In this document: positions 1 to 8,301 of the stretch, piece after piece | Layout of the letters: every line of letters begins with the position of its first letter | Position numbering within the stretch: position 1 is the first letter of the stretch | Source of the DNA: Candidatus Nanohalobium sp. | GTDB lineage: Archaea > Nanohalarchaeota > Nanosalinia > Nanosalinales > Nanosalinaceae | Direction of reading: 5' to 3' | DNA length: 24,133 bases | NCBI GenBank assembly: GCA_042217545.1 | Contig: JBDGSM010000007.1 | Span: 1-24,133 of the forward strand | The notes under the pieces: model-generated | What the model was told of the DNA's origin: nothing | What the model saw: the letters and a program-made list of their open reading frames with translations, nothing else | The model's database searches: none | Position numbers and translations under genes: made by a program

Positions 1-59
1 TACTACCCGCCAGAAGAGCAGCAGGCCTTGAACCCGCGGAAGCGCTCAGATACGAGTGA
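1..59 (+). CDS. 3' end of an ABC transporter permease (FtsX/MacB-like), partial at window edge
   Basis: Frame starting at base 3 reads LPARRAAGLEPAEALRYE* (TGA 57-59), matching the typical MacB/FtsX C-terminus PAxRAxxLxPxEALRYE. Confidence 0.8.
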   Translation, partial: LPARRAAGLEPAEALRYE

Positions 60-90
60 AGAATAGAGAAAAAATGTGGAGACTGATTTT

Positions 91-1128
91 TCAGAAGTGT
101 TCGGTGAAACTCTCTGAAGCATCGACTACGAAATCCACTGCAGCCCGTACATCCGACATCTTAACGACCTCCGTCGCCGAATGCATGTTCCTCAGAGGTA
201 TCCCGATGGACCCTGTAGGGATCCCCTCCCTAACCAGCTCGATGTTGGCCGCATCGGTTGCCCCACCTTCCATCACTCCGCGGGAATAATCGTGATCACC
301 TTCTTCCGCAGTCTCAATAAGCCAGTTTCTAACCGTCTCAGGCGTGATAAGGCCTCTTCCCGATGACTGCACCATCTGTATATCGACTCCGCCACCGAGT
401 TCAAGCGTGGACTCATCAGGTTCAACACCGGGAATATCACCGGCAATACCTACATCTACTGCGAGAGCGATATCCGGATCAACCCTGAACGCAGAAGTCT
501 TTGCACCTTTAAGGCCCACCTCTTCCTGCGTGGAAAAGACCACGACCAGTTCGCCTTCACCATCGTACTCTTTCAGAGTCTCGATCGCTACAGTACAACC
601 GACACGGTTGTCCATGGCCATACTGGTGATGTATCCCTCACGTAGCTCAGCAGAATCTCTTTCAAAAGTTATAGTATCCCCGACCTTTACACCGGCGTCC
701 TCAACTTCGTCCTCATCTTCTGCACCAAGATCTATGAAAAGCTGTTTCTTCTCAGGCAGCTTATCCCTCTCCTCTTTATCCATAAGGTGAGGCGGCTTCA
801 TGCCAATAACACCGGTTACCTCGCCGGTTTCAGTATGGACAGTGACCCTCTGATTCATCAGAGACTGCAGAGTGACCCCTCCAACAACAGAGAACTTGAC
901 AAAACCTTCTTCAGTAATCCTCTTAACAGAAAGACCTATCTGATCCATATGAGCCGCAACCATCAATGTCTTGTCGCCAGAACCTTTCCTCGCGATCAGG
1001 TTGCCCATATCATCTTCCTCAACGCTCTCAGCATGCTCCTCAACTTTTTCACGGATTTTATCCCTAATTTCGCTCTCCTGGCCGGACACTCCAGGAGTCT
1101 CAACGAGTTCCCTAAGCAAACTCTTCAT
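91..1128 (-). CDS. M42 family metallo-aminopeptidase (TET/Frv-like)
   Basis: Motifs PGVSGQE, AAHMDQIG, DNRVGC, STQEEVGLKGA, AVDVG, GGATDA, MHS. Start moved to ATG 1128 (MKSLLREL) because the longer ORF overlaps the divergent fxsA. Confidence 0.93.
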   Translation of the reverse strand: MKSLLRELVETPGVSGQESEIRDKIREKVEEHAESVEEDDMGNLIARKGSGDKTLMVAAHMDQIGLSVKRITEEGFVKFSVVGGVTLQSLMNQRVTVHTETGEVTGVIGMKPPHLMDKEERDKLPEKKQLFIDLGAEDEDEVEDAGVKVGDTITFERDSAELREGYITSMAMDNRVGCTVAIETLKEYDGEGELVVVFSTQEEVGLKGAKTSAFRVDPDIALAVDVGIAGDIPGVEPDESTLELGGGVDIQMVQSSGRGLITPETVRNWLIETAEEGDHDYSRGVMEGGATDAANIELVREGIPTGSIGIPLRNMHSATEVVKMSDVRAAVDFVVDASESFTEHF

Positions 1129-1178
1129 GTAAAAACCTGCTGATTCAATCTTTAAATCTTCAACACAAAGGCCTTCAC

Positions 1179-1559
1179 ATGCTCCGATACCTGGTGCTGG
1201 CACTACTCGTACTTCCGTTCGTCGACCTATACCTGCTTATACAGGTCGCAGGAGTGCTAGGCTTCTGGAAGACGCTCGCCGCAGTACTGCTCACAGGCCT
1301 TGTAGGAGCCGAACTCATCAGGCGAGAAGGCAGACACGTCTTCATGAAGCTCCAGACCTCGGTAACAGGAGGAGAAATCTCCAGAAACTTCCTAGAAGGG
1401 GCAATACTCGTACTGAGCGGCCTCTTCCTCCTCAGCCCGGGATTCATCACGGACGCACTCGGATTCCTCCTGGTTCTAAGACCAGTCCGGGAAAGAGTGG
1501 TCGCCTACATCATGAACAACAGGAACAGCAACCTGCAGGTCGAAGTACAGCGCATCTAA
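1179..1559 (+). CDS. fxsA: FxsA family membrane protein
   Basis: LPFVDLYLLIQV...TGLVGAELIRREG...LLSPGFITDALG matches the FxsA pattern (PxxE/D..., LLxPGFxTDxxG). Confidence 0.88.
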   Translation: MLRYLVLALLVLPFVDLYLLIQVAGVLGFWKTLAAVLLTGLVGAELIRREGRHVFMKLQTSVTGGEISRNFLEGAILVLSGLFLLSPGFITDALGFLLVLRPVRERVVAYIMNNRNSNLQVEVQRI

Positions 1560-2227
1560 CCCCTGTCATACGACAGGACGACAGAAAACACGAACAATAC
1601 CAGGCCCAGGTGCATAGGAACGTCGTAACCGAACAGAGACGCTGAAATAACTGCCAGAATAAGCGCGCCGCCGCCACGGATATACCTCAGCGAAAGATTC
1701 TCCCTGTAAAGATGCGAAGCCAGATAAAGAGCCAGAACAGCAGTACCAGAAGTTAAAAGCGCCGGAACAACGTATTCAAGGCTCAGTGAAATACCTACGG
1801 AAGATCTCAGAGACAGAACCATTCCTGTAACTATTATAGCCGGTACGGAAAACTTCTCCGCCAGTTCAACATCCGCAAGCTTTGCAGAGATCGTCAGTAA
1901 CGCAAGGCCTGCAGCATAACGAAGCCTGGAAACATAGAACACCTGATCGAACACCGGTGCAATCAAAGCGACTGCAAGTGCTCCAAGAAGCAGCAATGGC
2001 GCAACCTGGTTCACCAGCGACAGAGCCTCCTCCCTGGAACCGGCCTCAGAGTACAGAACCGCTAAAGCACCTGCACCCGTGAAGATCGTAAGGCCTATCG
2101 AAATCACGTCCGAGAAAGTCGACACAGCATCAGTCACAAGCAGTGTAGCGAACACTCCGTCGACCAGAGGAAGACAGAGAACCAGCAAGAGCCGTTGGGC
2201 GCCGTCATCGAGTTGTTCCAGAACCAT
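1556..2227 (-). CDS. Polytopic membrane protein, probably haloarchaeal DUF5794-like
   Basis: About 7 hydrophobic segments; LCLPLVDGVF and IFTGAGALAV resemble the haloarchaeal LPLVDGIF...FGGSA motif (from recall). Confidence 0.65.
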   Translation of the reverse strand: MVLEQLDDGAQRLLLVLCLPLVDGVFATLLVTDAVSTFSDVISIGLTIFTGAGALAVLYSEAGSREEALSLVNQVAPLLLLGALAVALIAPVFDQVFYVSRLRYAAGLALLTISAKLADVELAEKFSVPAIIVTGMVLSLRSSVGISLSLEYVVPALLTSGTAVLALYLASHLYRENLSLRYIRGGGALILAVISASLFGYDVPMHLGLVLFVFSVVLSYDRG

Positions 2228-2262
2228 ACAGAAATACAGGCCTCGTCCGTGGTTCTGGGGCT

Positions 2263-2382
2263 TTAATTAAAGGTAAACTTAGCCCCAGACTTGAACATGG
2301 TAAAATTCTGTTTGAACCACATGGCAGCAGCTGTTCCAACTTCAGAAAGTTCAGATACTTCAGGCACAGCTGCCAGGTTCAT
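2263..2382 (-). CDS. Putative 39-aa small protein (MNLAAVPEVSELSEVGTAAAMWFKQNFTMFKSGAKFTFN)
   Basis: ATG 2382 to TAA 2263 fills most of the 197-bp gap; TTTTAA box about 25-30 nt upstream. No recognised homology. Confidence 0.35.
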   Translation of the reverse strand: MNLAAVPEVSELSEVGTAAAMWFKQNFTMFKSGAKFTFN

Positions 2383-2424
2383 CCAAACAGTACTTAGAAC
2401 CCGTAAGTTAAAAAACCACACGTA

Positions 2425-4497
2425 TTACTTGCTGTTCGCAACCTTCACCAGGGCTTCGGACAGTCTCTGAACCTTCTCCTGAAGATCCCTGAACTCATCC
2501 CGCGAAACATTTTCACCGGAATCAACCTCCTCCTCAACGCTCTCAACACGGTCGCTCACATCGGAAAAGTCGGAAACAAGTTCGTTAACCTGCTCCTCAA
2601 GCTTTTCAATATCCGAGGCCCTATCACCCTGCTCAGATCTCATTTCCTCGACCTCGCTCTTCACATCGGAGAGCTTCTCGAAGTTCTCAGTAACGTCTTT
2701 TTCAAGGCCTTCGACCTGGCCAGCGTTCTCATCCTGTTTGTCGTCCATCTGCTCCAGGCTATCCCAAAGCGAACGGATCTCCGACTTCGAAGCAAGCTGC
2801 TCCTGGGCCCTGTGCCTTGACTCAGCGATTCTGACGCCCATTTCCTCTCTAACATCGTCCAGGGCTCTCTCGAGCTCTGAGGCCTCGATCTTGTCCTCAA
2901 TCTCCGCTTTCTTGAACTCATCCCGGTCAAGCTTTCCTTCACGGAGCTCGTCAAGAGACTTCTCCTTCTCCTCGAACCGCTCCTCAAGCTTTTCAATATC
3001 GTTAAAGGCCTCCTCCAGTGCAGGAAGCACCTGTTCGACCTCCTCGGTCTTCTCCTCGATCTCGTCCTGCAGGCCATCAAGCTGATCTGAAAGCCGTGAA
3101 ACCCTGTCCCCAAGGCCTTCTATACTCTCTGCTTTTTGCTGGAACTCCTCCTGCGAGACCTTGCCCTGCTGTTCCTCACGGATCTCCTTCAGTACCTCGG
3201 CCTTCTCGTCCAGCTTTTCCTGGAGCCGGGAGACATCCGAGTCAACGTCCGAGATCTGGCCTTCAGCCGATTCTATCTCCTCCAGGGCCTCGTCATGCCT
3301 GTCCTCCAGCAGCTCCATGGAGTCCCAAAGCGAACGGATCTCCGACTTCGAAGCAAGCTGCTCCTGGGCCCTGTGCCTTGACTCAGCGATTCTGACGCCC
3401 ATTTCCTCTCTAACATCGTCCAGGGCTCTCTCGAGCTCTGAGGCCTCGATCTTGTCCTCAATCTCCGCTTTCTTGAACTCATCCCGGTCAAGCTTTCCTT
3501 CACGGAGCTCGTCAAGAGACTTCTCCTTCTCCTCGAACCGCTCCTCAAGCTTTTCAATATCCGAGGCCCTATCACCCTGCTCAGATCTCATTTCCTCGAC
3601 CTCGCTCTTCACATCGGAGAGCTTCTCGAAGTTCTCAGTAACGTCTTTTTCAAGGCCTTCGACCTGGCCAGCGTTCTCATCCTGTTTGTCGTCCATCTGC
3701 TCCAGGCTATCCCAAAGCGAACGGATCTCCGACTTCGAAGCAAGCTGTTCTCGAAGCCTGTGTTCTGTTTCAAGTATGCTTACGCCGATCTCGTCTTTCA
3801 GCTCATCCAGCTCCTGCTCAAGTTCGGAACCGTCGACTTTTTCACTTACAGAAAGTTTTTTCACGCGATCACGGATGCGGGAAAGCTCCACTATCTGGTC
3901 TCCACGCACCTGCTCAAGCCTCTGCTCAAACCGGGATCTGTCAACCTTTTCCTCGATCTCCGAATCCTTCAGCTCCCGTCCCATGTCAGAAAGGCTGTGA
4001 TCCATATCCTCCATCCGGGCCTTCAGCTTCTGGATCTCCTCCTCACGTTCCTGGAAAGTATCAATCCTGTCCTGTATATCCTCAACGTCCTCCTCAGTAA
4101 CTATAGAACTGTTTTCAATCTCCTCAATATCGTCGAAAGCAGCCTCAACCGTCGGAAGAAGCTCCTCAATCCGTTCACGTTTATCCTCGAACTCTTCAAC
4201 CATATCGCTGAACTCGTAATCCTTCGGCAGAGAACTGTAGTCAATCTTCAGATCGGAGACATCCTTTCTCAGGTCATTGACCTCTTCAAGAAGCTCCTCC
4301 TGCCTCTCCTTAACCTCACTATCCTCCGAGTTATCGTACTGATTCAGACGATATTCAAGCTTGGAAACTCGGTTCAGAAGCTCCTGGATCTTCGACTCCT
4401 CATCTCTGATCTCGCCTTCATACTTTTCGGCGTTATCCTTGGTCTCTGCGACCGCATCACTCACCGAGTCCTCAACGTCAGAGTTCAGCAATCCCAT
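2425..4497 (-). CDS. Long acidic coiled-coil protein with internal repeats
   Basis: About 690 aa of E/K/L heptads; no Walker A motif, no TM segment. ATG 4497 (MGLLNSD) chosen, with TTTAAA (4528-4533) about 30 nt upstream. Confidence 0.85.
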   Translation of the reverse strand: MGLLNSDVEDSVSDAVAETKDNAEKYEGEIRDEESKIQELLNRVSKLEYRLNQYDNSEDSEVKERQEELLEEVNDLRKDVSDLKIDYSSLPKDYEFSDMVEEFEDKRERIEELLPTVEAAFDDIEEIENSSIVTEEDVEDIQDRIDTFQEREEEIQKLKARMEDMDHSLSDMGRELKDSEIEEKVDRSRFEQRLEQVRGDQIVELSRIRDRVKKLSVSEKVDGSELEQELDELKDEIGVSILETEHRLREQLASKSEIRSLWDSLEQMDDKQDENAGQVEGLEKDVTENFEKLSDVKSEVEEMRSEQGDRASDIEKLEERFEEKEKSLDELREGKLDRDEFKKAEIEDKIEASELERALDDVREEMGVRIAESRHRAQEQLASKSEIRSLWDSMELLEDRHDEALEEIESAEGQISDVDSDVSRLQEKLDEKAEVLKEIREEQQGKVSQEEFQQKAESIEGLGDRVSRLSDQLDGLQDEIEEKTEEVEQVLPALEEAFNDIEKLEERFEEKEKSLDELREGKLDRDEFKKAEIEDKIEASELERALDDVREEMGVRIAESRHRAQEQLASKSEIRSLWDSLEQMDDKQDENAGQVEGLEKDVTENFEKLSDVKSEVEEMRSEQGDRASDIEKLEEQVNELVSDFSDVSDRVESVEEEVDSGENVSRDEFRDLQEKVQRLSEALVKVANSK
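2592..3747. repeat. Intragenic exact repeats: A (2592-2799 = 3540-3747, 208 bp) and B (2762-3000 = 3323-3561, 239 bp)
   Basis: Base-by-base comparison by eye. Offsets of 948 and 561 bp are both multiples of 3. Confidence 0.9.
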
Positions 4498-4541
4498 GGA
4501 ATCAAGTAACAATTACGTGAAGCCGAGTTTAAAATGTAACC

Positions 4542-5480
4542 TCACAGAAAAACCGGTTCCCCCGAATCCAGAACCTTCTCATCATCAAACCAGACAGTAG
4601 GCTCAACACAGACACAGTCCCAGTGAACCTCACATTCTACTTCCCTATCATCGCTAACGTACGAAGAGTTATCTCCGACAGCGATATGAACAGTCCCGAG
4701 AACCTTCTCATCCTGAAGCGGATTACCGATCAGAGAGGCCTCGGGATTCGTACCAAAACCGAACTCCGCCACATTCTTCACACACTCAAACTTTGAAAGG
4801 CCTTCCTCCATCCTGGTGCCTTCCTCACCCCTGTAAGCGACGACCTCGTTGTCCCTGATCTCGAGCTCCGCGCCCTCACCGGAAACAACGCAGTGATCGA
4901 TCACAAGAGTTCCCTCAGCATTCGCCGCCGCCCCATCCGTCTCTCCCGCCGGAAGATTTCCAAAGCCTCCTTCCCCGTCGATAAGGCCTGTATCAGTATG
5001 GAAAGTATCGATATCGATATCGAGAGTTAGATTGGTGCCCGAAGGAGTCTCTATGCGGACCTCATCGGTGTCCTCAAGCATCTCATAGACCTTCTCGGAG
5101 ATCTGCTTCACCCTCTCATAATCTGCCTGAAGCGAATCATTCCAAATCTCCCTGTTTATCGCCGGAAGCGTCACCACACGAGTTCCTGACTCGCAGGCCT
5201 CCCTCCTGGCCTCCGTATGTGAAAGAGACTTCATAGTCGGCGCGATGACAACATCGGCGTCCTTCATCGCCTGCGCAACCTCCTCAGGAGGTTCATCTCC
5301 GTGGCTTCCAGGCTCCTCGAACTCCTTCAGAAGTGCAAGGCCTGCCTCTTCCTCGAGAACTTCAAGGATAGCGTCGATTAACTCCTGGTCGTTGGAATCG
5401 TTCAGAACAAGAACGCGTTCATCTTTCTGGACATTTAGACACTGTTTAACTATAGTTTCAGCCCCGGATCTCAAAGACAT
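4542..5480 (-). CDS. M29-type (aminopeptidase T / thermophilic metalloprotease-like) aminopeptidase
   Basis: Motifs SLSHT, TPSGTNL, NLPAGE, AEFGFGTNP, DEKVLGTVHIAVGDN, VHWD. Confidence 0.88.
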   Translation of the reverse strand: MSLRSGAETIVKQCLNVQKDERVLVLNDSNDQELIDAILEVLEEEAGLALLKEFEEPGSHGDEPPEEVAQAMKDADVVIAPTMKSLSHTEARREACESGTRVVTLPAINREIWNDSLQADYERVKQISEKVYEMLEDTDEVRIETPSGTNLTLDIDIDTFHTDTGLIDGEGGFGNLPAGETDGAAANAEGTLVIDHCVVSGEGAELEIRDNEVVAYRGEEGTRMEEGLSKFECVKNVAEFGFGTNPEASLIGNPLQDEKVLGTVHIAVGDNSSYVSDDREVECEVHWDCVCVEPTVWFDDEKVLDSGEPVFL

Positions 5481-5519
5481 AGAAAAAACTTGGATACAGA
5501 AGGTTAAAACCGTAAGGCC

Positions 5520-5723
5520 CTACTTCAGGCGGACAGCACTGCCACGTTTCTTATCAACGAACTCGAGTTTCTCCTCGCGTGCAAGCCATCCGATCGCCAT
5601 GTAAACCTTGGTGCCTGGGGCATCAACCCCCTTTGTAACCCCAGAAACAGAGGTCTCTCCGTTCTCATCAAGGAAATCCCAGACATCTCCTGCGACTTCA
5701 CCTATCGTTTCTTCCAAAATCAT
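5520..5723 (-). CDS. Small winged-helix protein (DUF2582-like)
   Basis: IGEVAGDVWDFL...MAIGWLAREEKL matches the IGxxAGxVW...AIGWLARExK signature; GGTGA lies directly before the ATG. Confidence 0.85.
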   Translation of the reverse strand: MILEETIGEVAGDVWDFLDENGETSVSGVTKGVDAPGTKVYMAIGWLAREEKLEFVDKKRGSAVRLK

Positions 5724-5820
5724 TCACCAGTAAACAGAGATTCCCCTTCCCGGTTTAAATTACCTTCCCGAAACCAGGACCAACCGAAAAACTATTAACT
5801 ACTGAAACATAACAACAATT

Positions 5821-6501
5821 ATGGTTGTCCAGACACTTCTCCAGGGAGAATCAAAAAACCGTGTAGCCGACGAAAAAGCAGCAATACAGCACGGAGAAGT
5901 GATCAGGACAGGAACACATAAAGACGTCTACATAGGCCTCCGCGGAGCCGTGAAGCCCGTAGAGGAAGACGACTTCGAGGAGGAAAACCACGAAAGACTG
6001 ACAGGAACAGAACTTACAGCAGACGCAGAAATCAACCTCAGGGACTTCACCGACATAGGCCTCTGGCCCGACACAGTAGTAATCAAACAGCAGATGGCGG
6101 ACAGAGAACTGGAAGAAGCAGTACAGCACTACAGAACAGGCCACGTAGTCGAGGAAACCGTCGAAAACCTGCTTGACGAATTCACGGAAAGAGGCCTGGT
6201 CTACAGCGACCCCGGAGACAACATAGGATTCTTCTCAGGCAAAGCAAAGGCCTTCGACGTCTACGACGAGTCCAGCTTCGACCTCTACCAATCAAGGCCT
6301 GAAGAAATGTCACAGGCAGATTTTCACAGCTTCTCAAAGAAAGCACCGGTCATGTACCAGAAATTCGCCTGCGATCTGGCCAGATACGCGCCGGAAGAAA
6401 CAGAAGAAGTCGTCGACAAAGTCTCAGAGGCCTCAGACTACCTTATCTCCGGAGAGGCCTCGATAACAGACTTCCAGCAGGCCTTCGAATACCGGCGGTG
6501 A
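5821..6501 (+). CDS. Hypothetical protein with protein-kinase-like motifs
   Basis: Acidic ORF with TATTAA about 25 nt upstream; motifs TGTHKDVY..AVK and GLVYSDPGDNIG....AFD. Confidence 0.7.
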   Translation: MVVQTLLQGESKNRVADEKAAIQHGEVIRTGTHKDVYIGLRGAVKPVEEDDFEEENHERLTGTELTADAEINLRDFTDIGLWPDTVVIKQQMADRELEEAVQHYRTGHVVEETVENLLDEFTERGLVYSDPGDNIGFFSGKAKAFDVYDESSFDLYQSRPEEMSQADFHSFSKKAPVMYQKFACDLARYAPEETEEVVDKVSEASDYLISGEASITDFQQAFEYRR

Positions 6502-6537
6502 CTACTAAAAACTTCACTGAAGAAACCTTTCTACACC

Positions 6538-6747
6538 GCCTCGTTGGCTCAGCTTGGCTAGAGCGGTCCCCTCGTAGGCGTGGTTAGTGCATCTTCCTTC
6601 AGGGAAGCATGCTTTGAGCAGGTCAACTTCCTAAGGAAGTAGACTGCGATGCTCGAGCCGGACGCAACAGGTCATGCCTCCGGCATCGCTTACAGGCAAC
6701 TACGTTGAGTTAGGGACAGGTCCCGGGTTCAAATCCCGGACGGGGCT
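6538..6747 (+). tRNA. tRNA-Thr(CGT) with a 135-nt intron at 37/38 (exon 1 6538-6576, intron 6577-6711, exon 2 6712-6747)
   Basis: Acceptor stem GCCTCGT/ACGGGGC, D arm GCTC..GAGC, anticodon stem GTCCC/GGGAC around CT-CGT-A^A, T arm CCGGG-TTCAAAT-CCCGG, discriminator U. Canonical BHB: CUCG/UGAG helix with UAG and UUA bulges. Confidence 0.95.
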
Positions 6748-6815
6748 CTCACCCATTACAGTCTCTAAGCCCTTTCTGGCGAGATAGCTGATCCTTGTTA
6801 GAAAAAATTTGTTAC

Positions 6816-6920
6816 CTAGAACATCTTTCCGATACAGAATTCGTGGGCTGTGCCTTCCTTTATCTCGACTCCTTCCTTTTCGATTTCATGGCCACAGACA
6901 ACACAGACATCGTCTCCCAT
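6816..6920 (-). CDS. 34-aa small zinc-finger protein (MGDDVCVVCGHEIEKEGVEIKEGTAHEFCIGKMF)
   Basis: CxxCG...HxxC ligand set, acidic composition, ATG 6920 to TAG 6816, TTTAA about 25 nt upstream. Too short for the ORF track. Confidence 0.7.
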   Translation of the reverse strand: MGDDVCVVCGHEIEKEGVEIKEGTAHEFCIGKMF

Positions 6921-7006
6921 ACAGTATTTTTACGTTTGCCAGGGTTAAATATGTATCTTCAAACATTCGTTTATTTTAAGTGGTTTCAGAACTACACTTA
7001 TACAAC

Positions 7007-7456
7007 ATGAAACCAAATGAGAGAGACATTCGAATAATTGAACAGTTGAATAGGGATGGACGGGCCTCTCTGCGGAAGATAGCGGAAAACCTCGAGTATT
7101 CGGCTTCTACAGTCAGCAACCATTTCAGGACGCTTCTCGAGGAGGGAGTGATAAAGGGTTTCAGGCCTGACCTGGATTACAGCAAATTAGGCTTCAGTTT
7201 TACCTGTCTCACTCAGATCAAGGCGGAGGCGGGGGAGCAGGAAAGGGTTGCAGAAGAGCTCTCGGAGAAGACCTACATCCATTCACTGTACCAGGTCACC
7301 GGAGACACAGATCTGATCGCTATCTGCAAATTCAGAAGCCGTGAAGAGATGAAAGAGAACCTGACACAGGACCTGAACCAGCTGGACGGAATAACCGATA
7401 CGAAGACGAACGTCGCCCTCGACTCCAAAGTTGAATGCCGGCCTGTAGAGCTCTGA
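7007..7456 (+). CDS. Lrp/AsnC family transcriptional regulator
   Basis: HTH DIRIIEQLNRDGRASLRKIAENL...GVIKGF, then RAM domain YQVTGDTDL; TTTTAA box about 30 nt before ATG 7007. Confidence 0.93.
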   Translation: MKPNERDIRIIEQLNRDGRASLRKIAENLEYSASTVSNHFRTLLEEGVIKGFRPDLDYSKLGFSFTCLTQIKAEAGEQERVAEELSEKTYIHSLYQVTGDTDLIAICKFRSREEMKENLTQDLNQLDGITDTKTNVALDSKVECRPVEL

Positions 7457-7474
7457 GGCCTGGAAAAACTACTT

Positions 7475-8256
7475 TTACTCTGCTTCTTCATGGACAAGTC
7501 CTTCTTCGATCGCTGCCTGTATGTAGTCCTCCAGGACGCTGCTCCTGACATCTTTCACGTCTCCGGAGTTGCGTAGCCAGTACTGGAGTTCCGCCTGGAC
7601 TTTGCCGTCTTCAAGGCCTTTCAGCATTACTTTTGGTTCTGGATTGGTCATGACTTCTCCCTGTTTGTTCGCCGCCTCTTTCAAGAGCTCCGCGTGCTCT
7701 TCCTGTTTCAGCGTATCGAGCGGGATCTCCAGGCTGGTCTTTGTCTTTGTTCCTTTCGTGAAGTTTTTGACTGGGCTGGTTACGAGGGTGCTGTTCGGTA
7801 CGACAAGTTTCTCGCTTGAGTAACCGTTCAGGACTGTCGCTCTCAGCTTGATCTCCTTTACGACACCTTCGTAGTCGCCTGTCTTGATGTAGTCCCCTCT
7901 GGTGAAAGGGTTGTCAAGATGGATGAAAGTGCCGCCCACGATACTGGCGACCTGATCCCGCATGCAGAACCCTACTGCTACAGTAAGTGCAGCCGCGATA
8001 GCACCTATTATGGTTGCAAGTTCCCGAATTCACCGGCCTGGAGAGCAACAGTAAAGGATACGAAGAGTCCTAGCACGCCCACAAGATTTCCTAGAGACTG
8101 TACAGCCTTCGAATCCGCTCTCCTTCCTACAAGCTTCCTGGTGAGAGGTATCAGGAGCAGCCTGGTAAGTGCTACGCCAATTATTAAAGCAATGAAGAAC
8201 CTGACAAGCTGTATGTAGGCGCTTGTTCCGTTAAGGAGTGGGATTTCAAATACCAT
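7475..8256 (-). pseudogene. mscS: Small-conductance mechanosensitive channel, split by a 1-nt frameshift near 8020
   Basis: N-terminal TM part (8008-8256) and MscS beta domain (PFTRGDYI..GVVKEIKLRATVL..VVPNS) join if AACTTGCA is read AAC-CTT-GCA, giving GNL-ATIIGAIAAALTVAVGF. Confidence 0.8.
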
Positions 8257-8301
8257 GTAAAGGTCTTATAAAGAAAACGTGTTAAGAGTTTTCCTGCGAC
8301 G

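Noticed and set aside
1129..1203. N-terminal extension of the M42 ORF
   Set aside because: Overlaps the divergent fxsA start; family similarity begins at MKSLLREL (1128).
2592..3747. CRISPR array or IS element
   Set aside because: Repeats are over 200 bp, in frame and intragenic; no spacer periodicity, cas or transposase gene.
2425..4497. SMC/Rad50/Sph ATPase
   Set aside because: No Walker A/B, signature motif, hinge or zinc hook; only generic coiled coil.
2738..4509. Long + strand ORFs (e.g. 3161-4000, 3760-4509) and similar ones opposite DP2 and dnaG
   Set aside because: Ser/Leu/Phe-rich antisense shadows of acidic genes.
6577..6711. Box C/D guide or protein-coding intron
   Set aside because: No RUGAUGA/CUGA pair; too short for a homing endonuclease.
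6538..6747. tRNA as attachment site of an integrated element
   Set aside because: No duplicated tRNA end and no integrase seen in the window.
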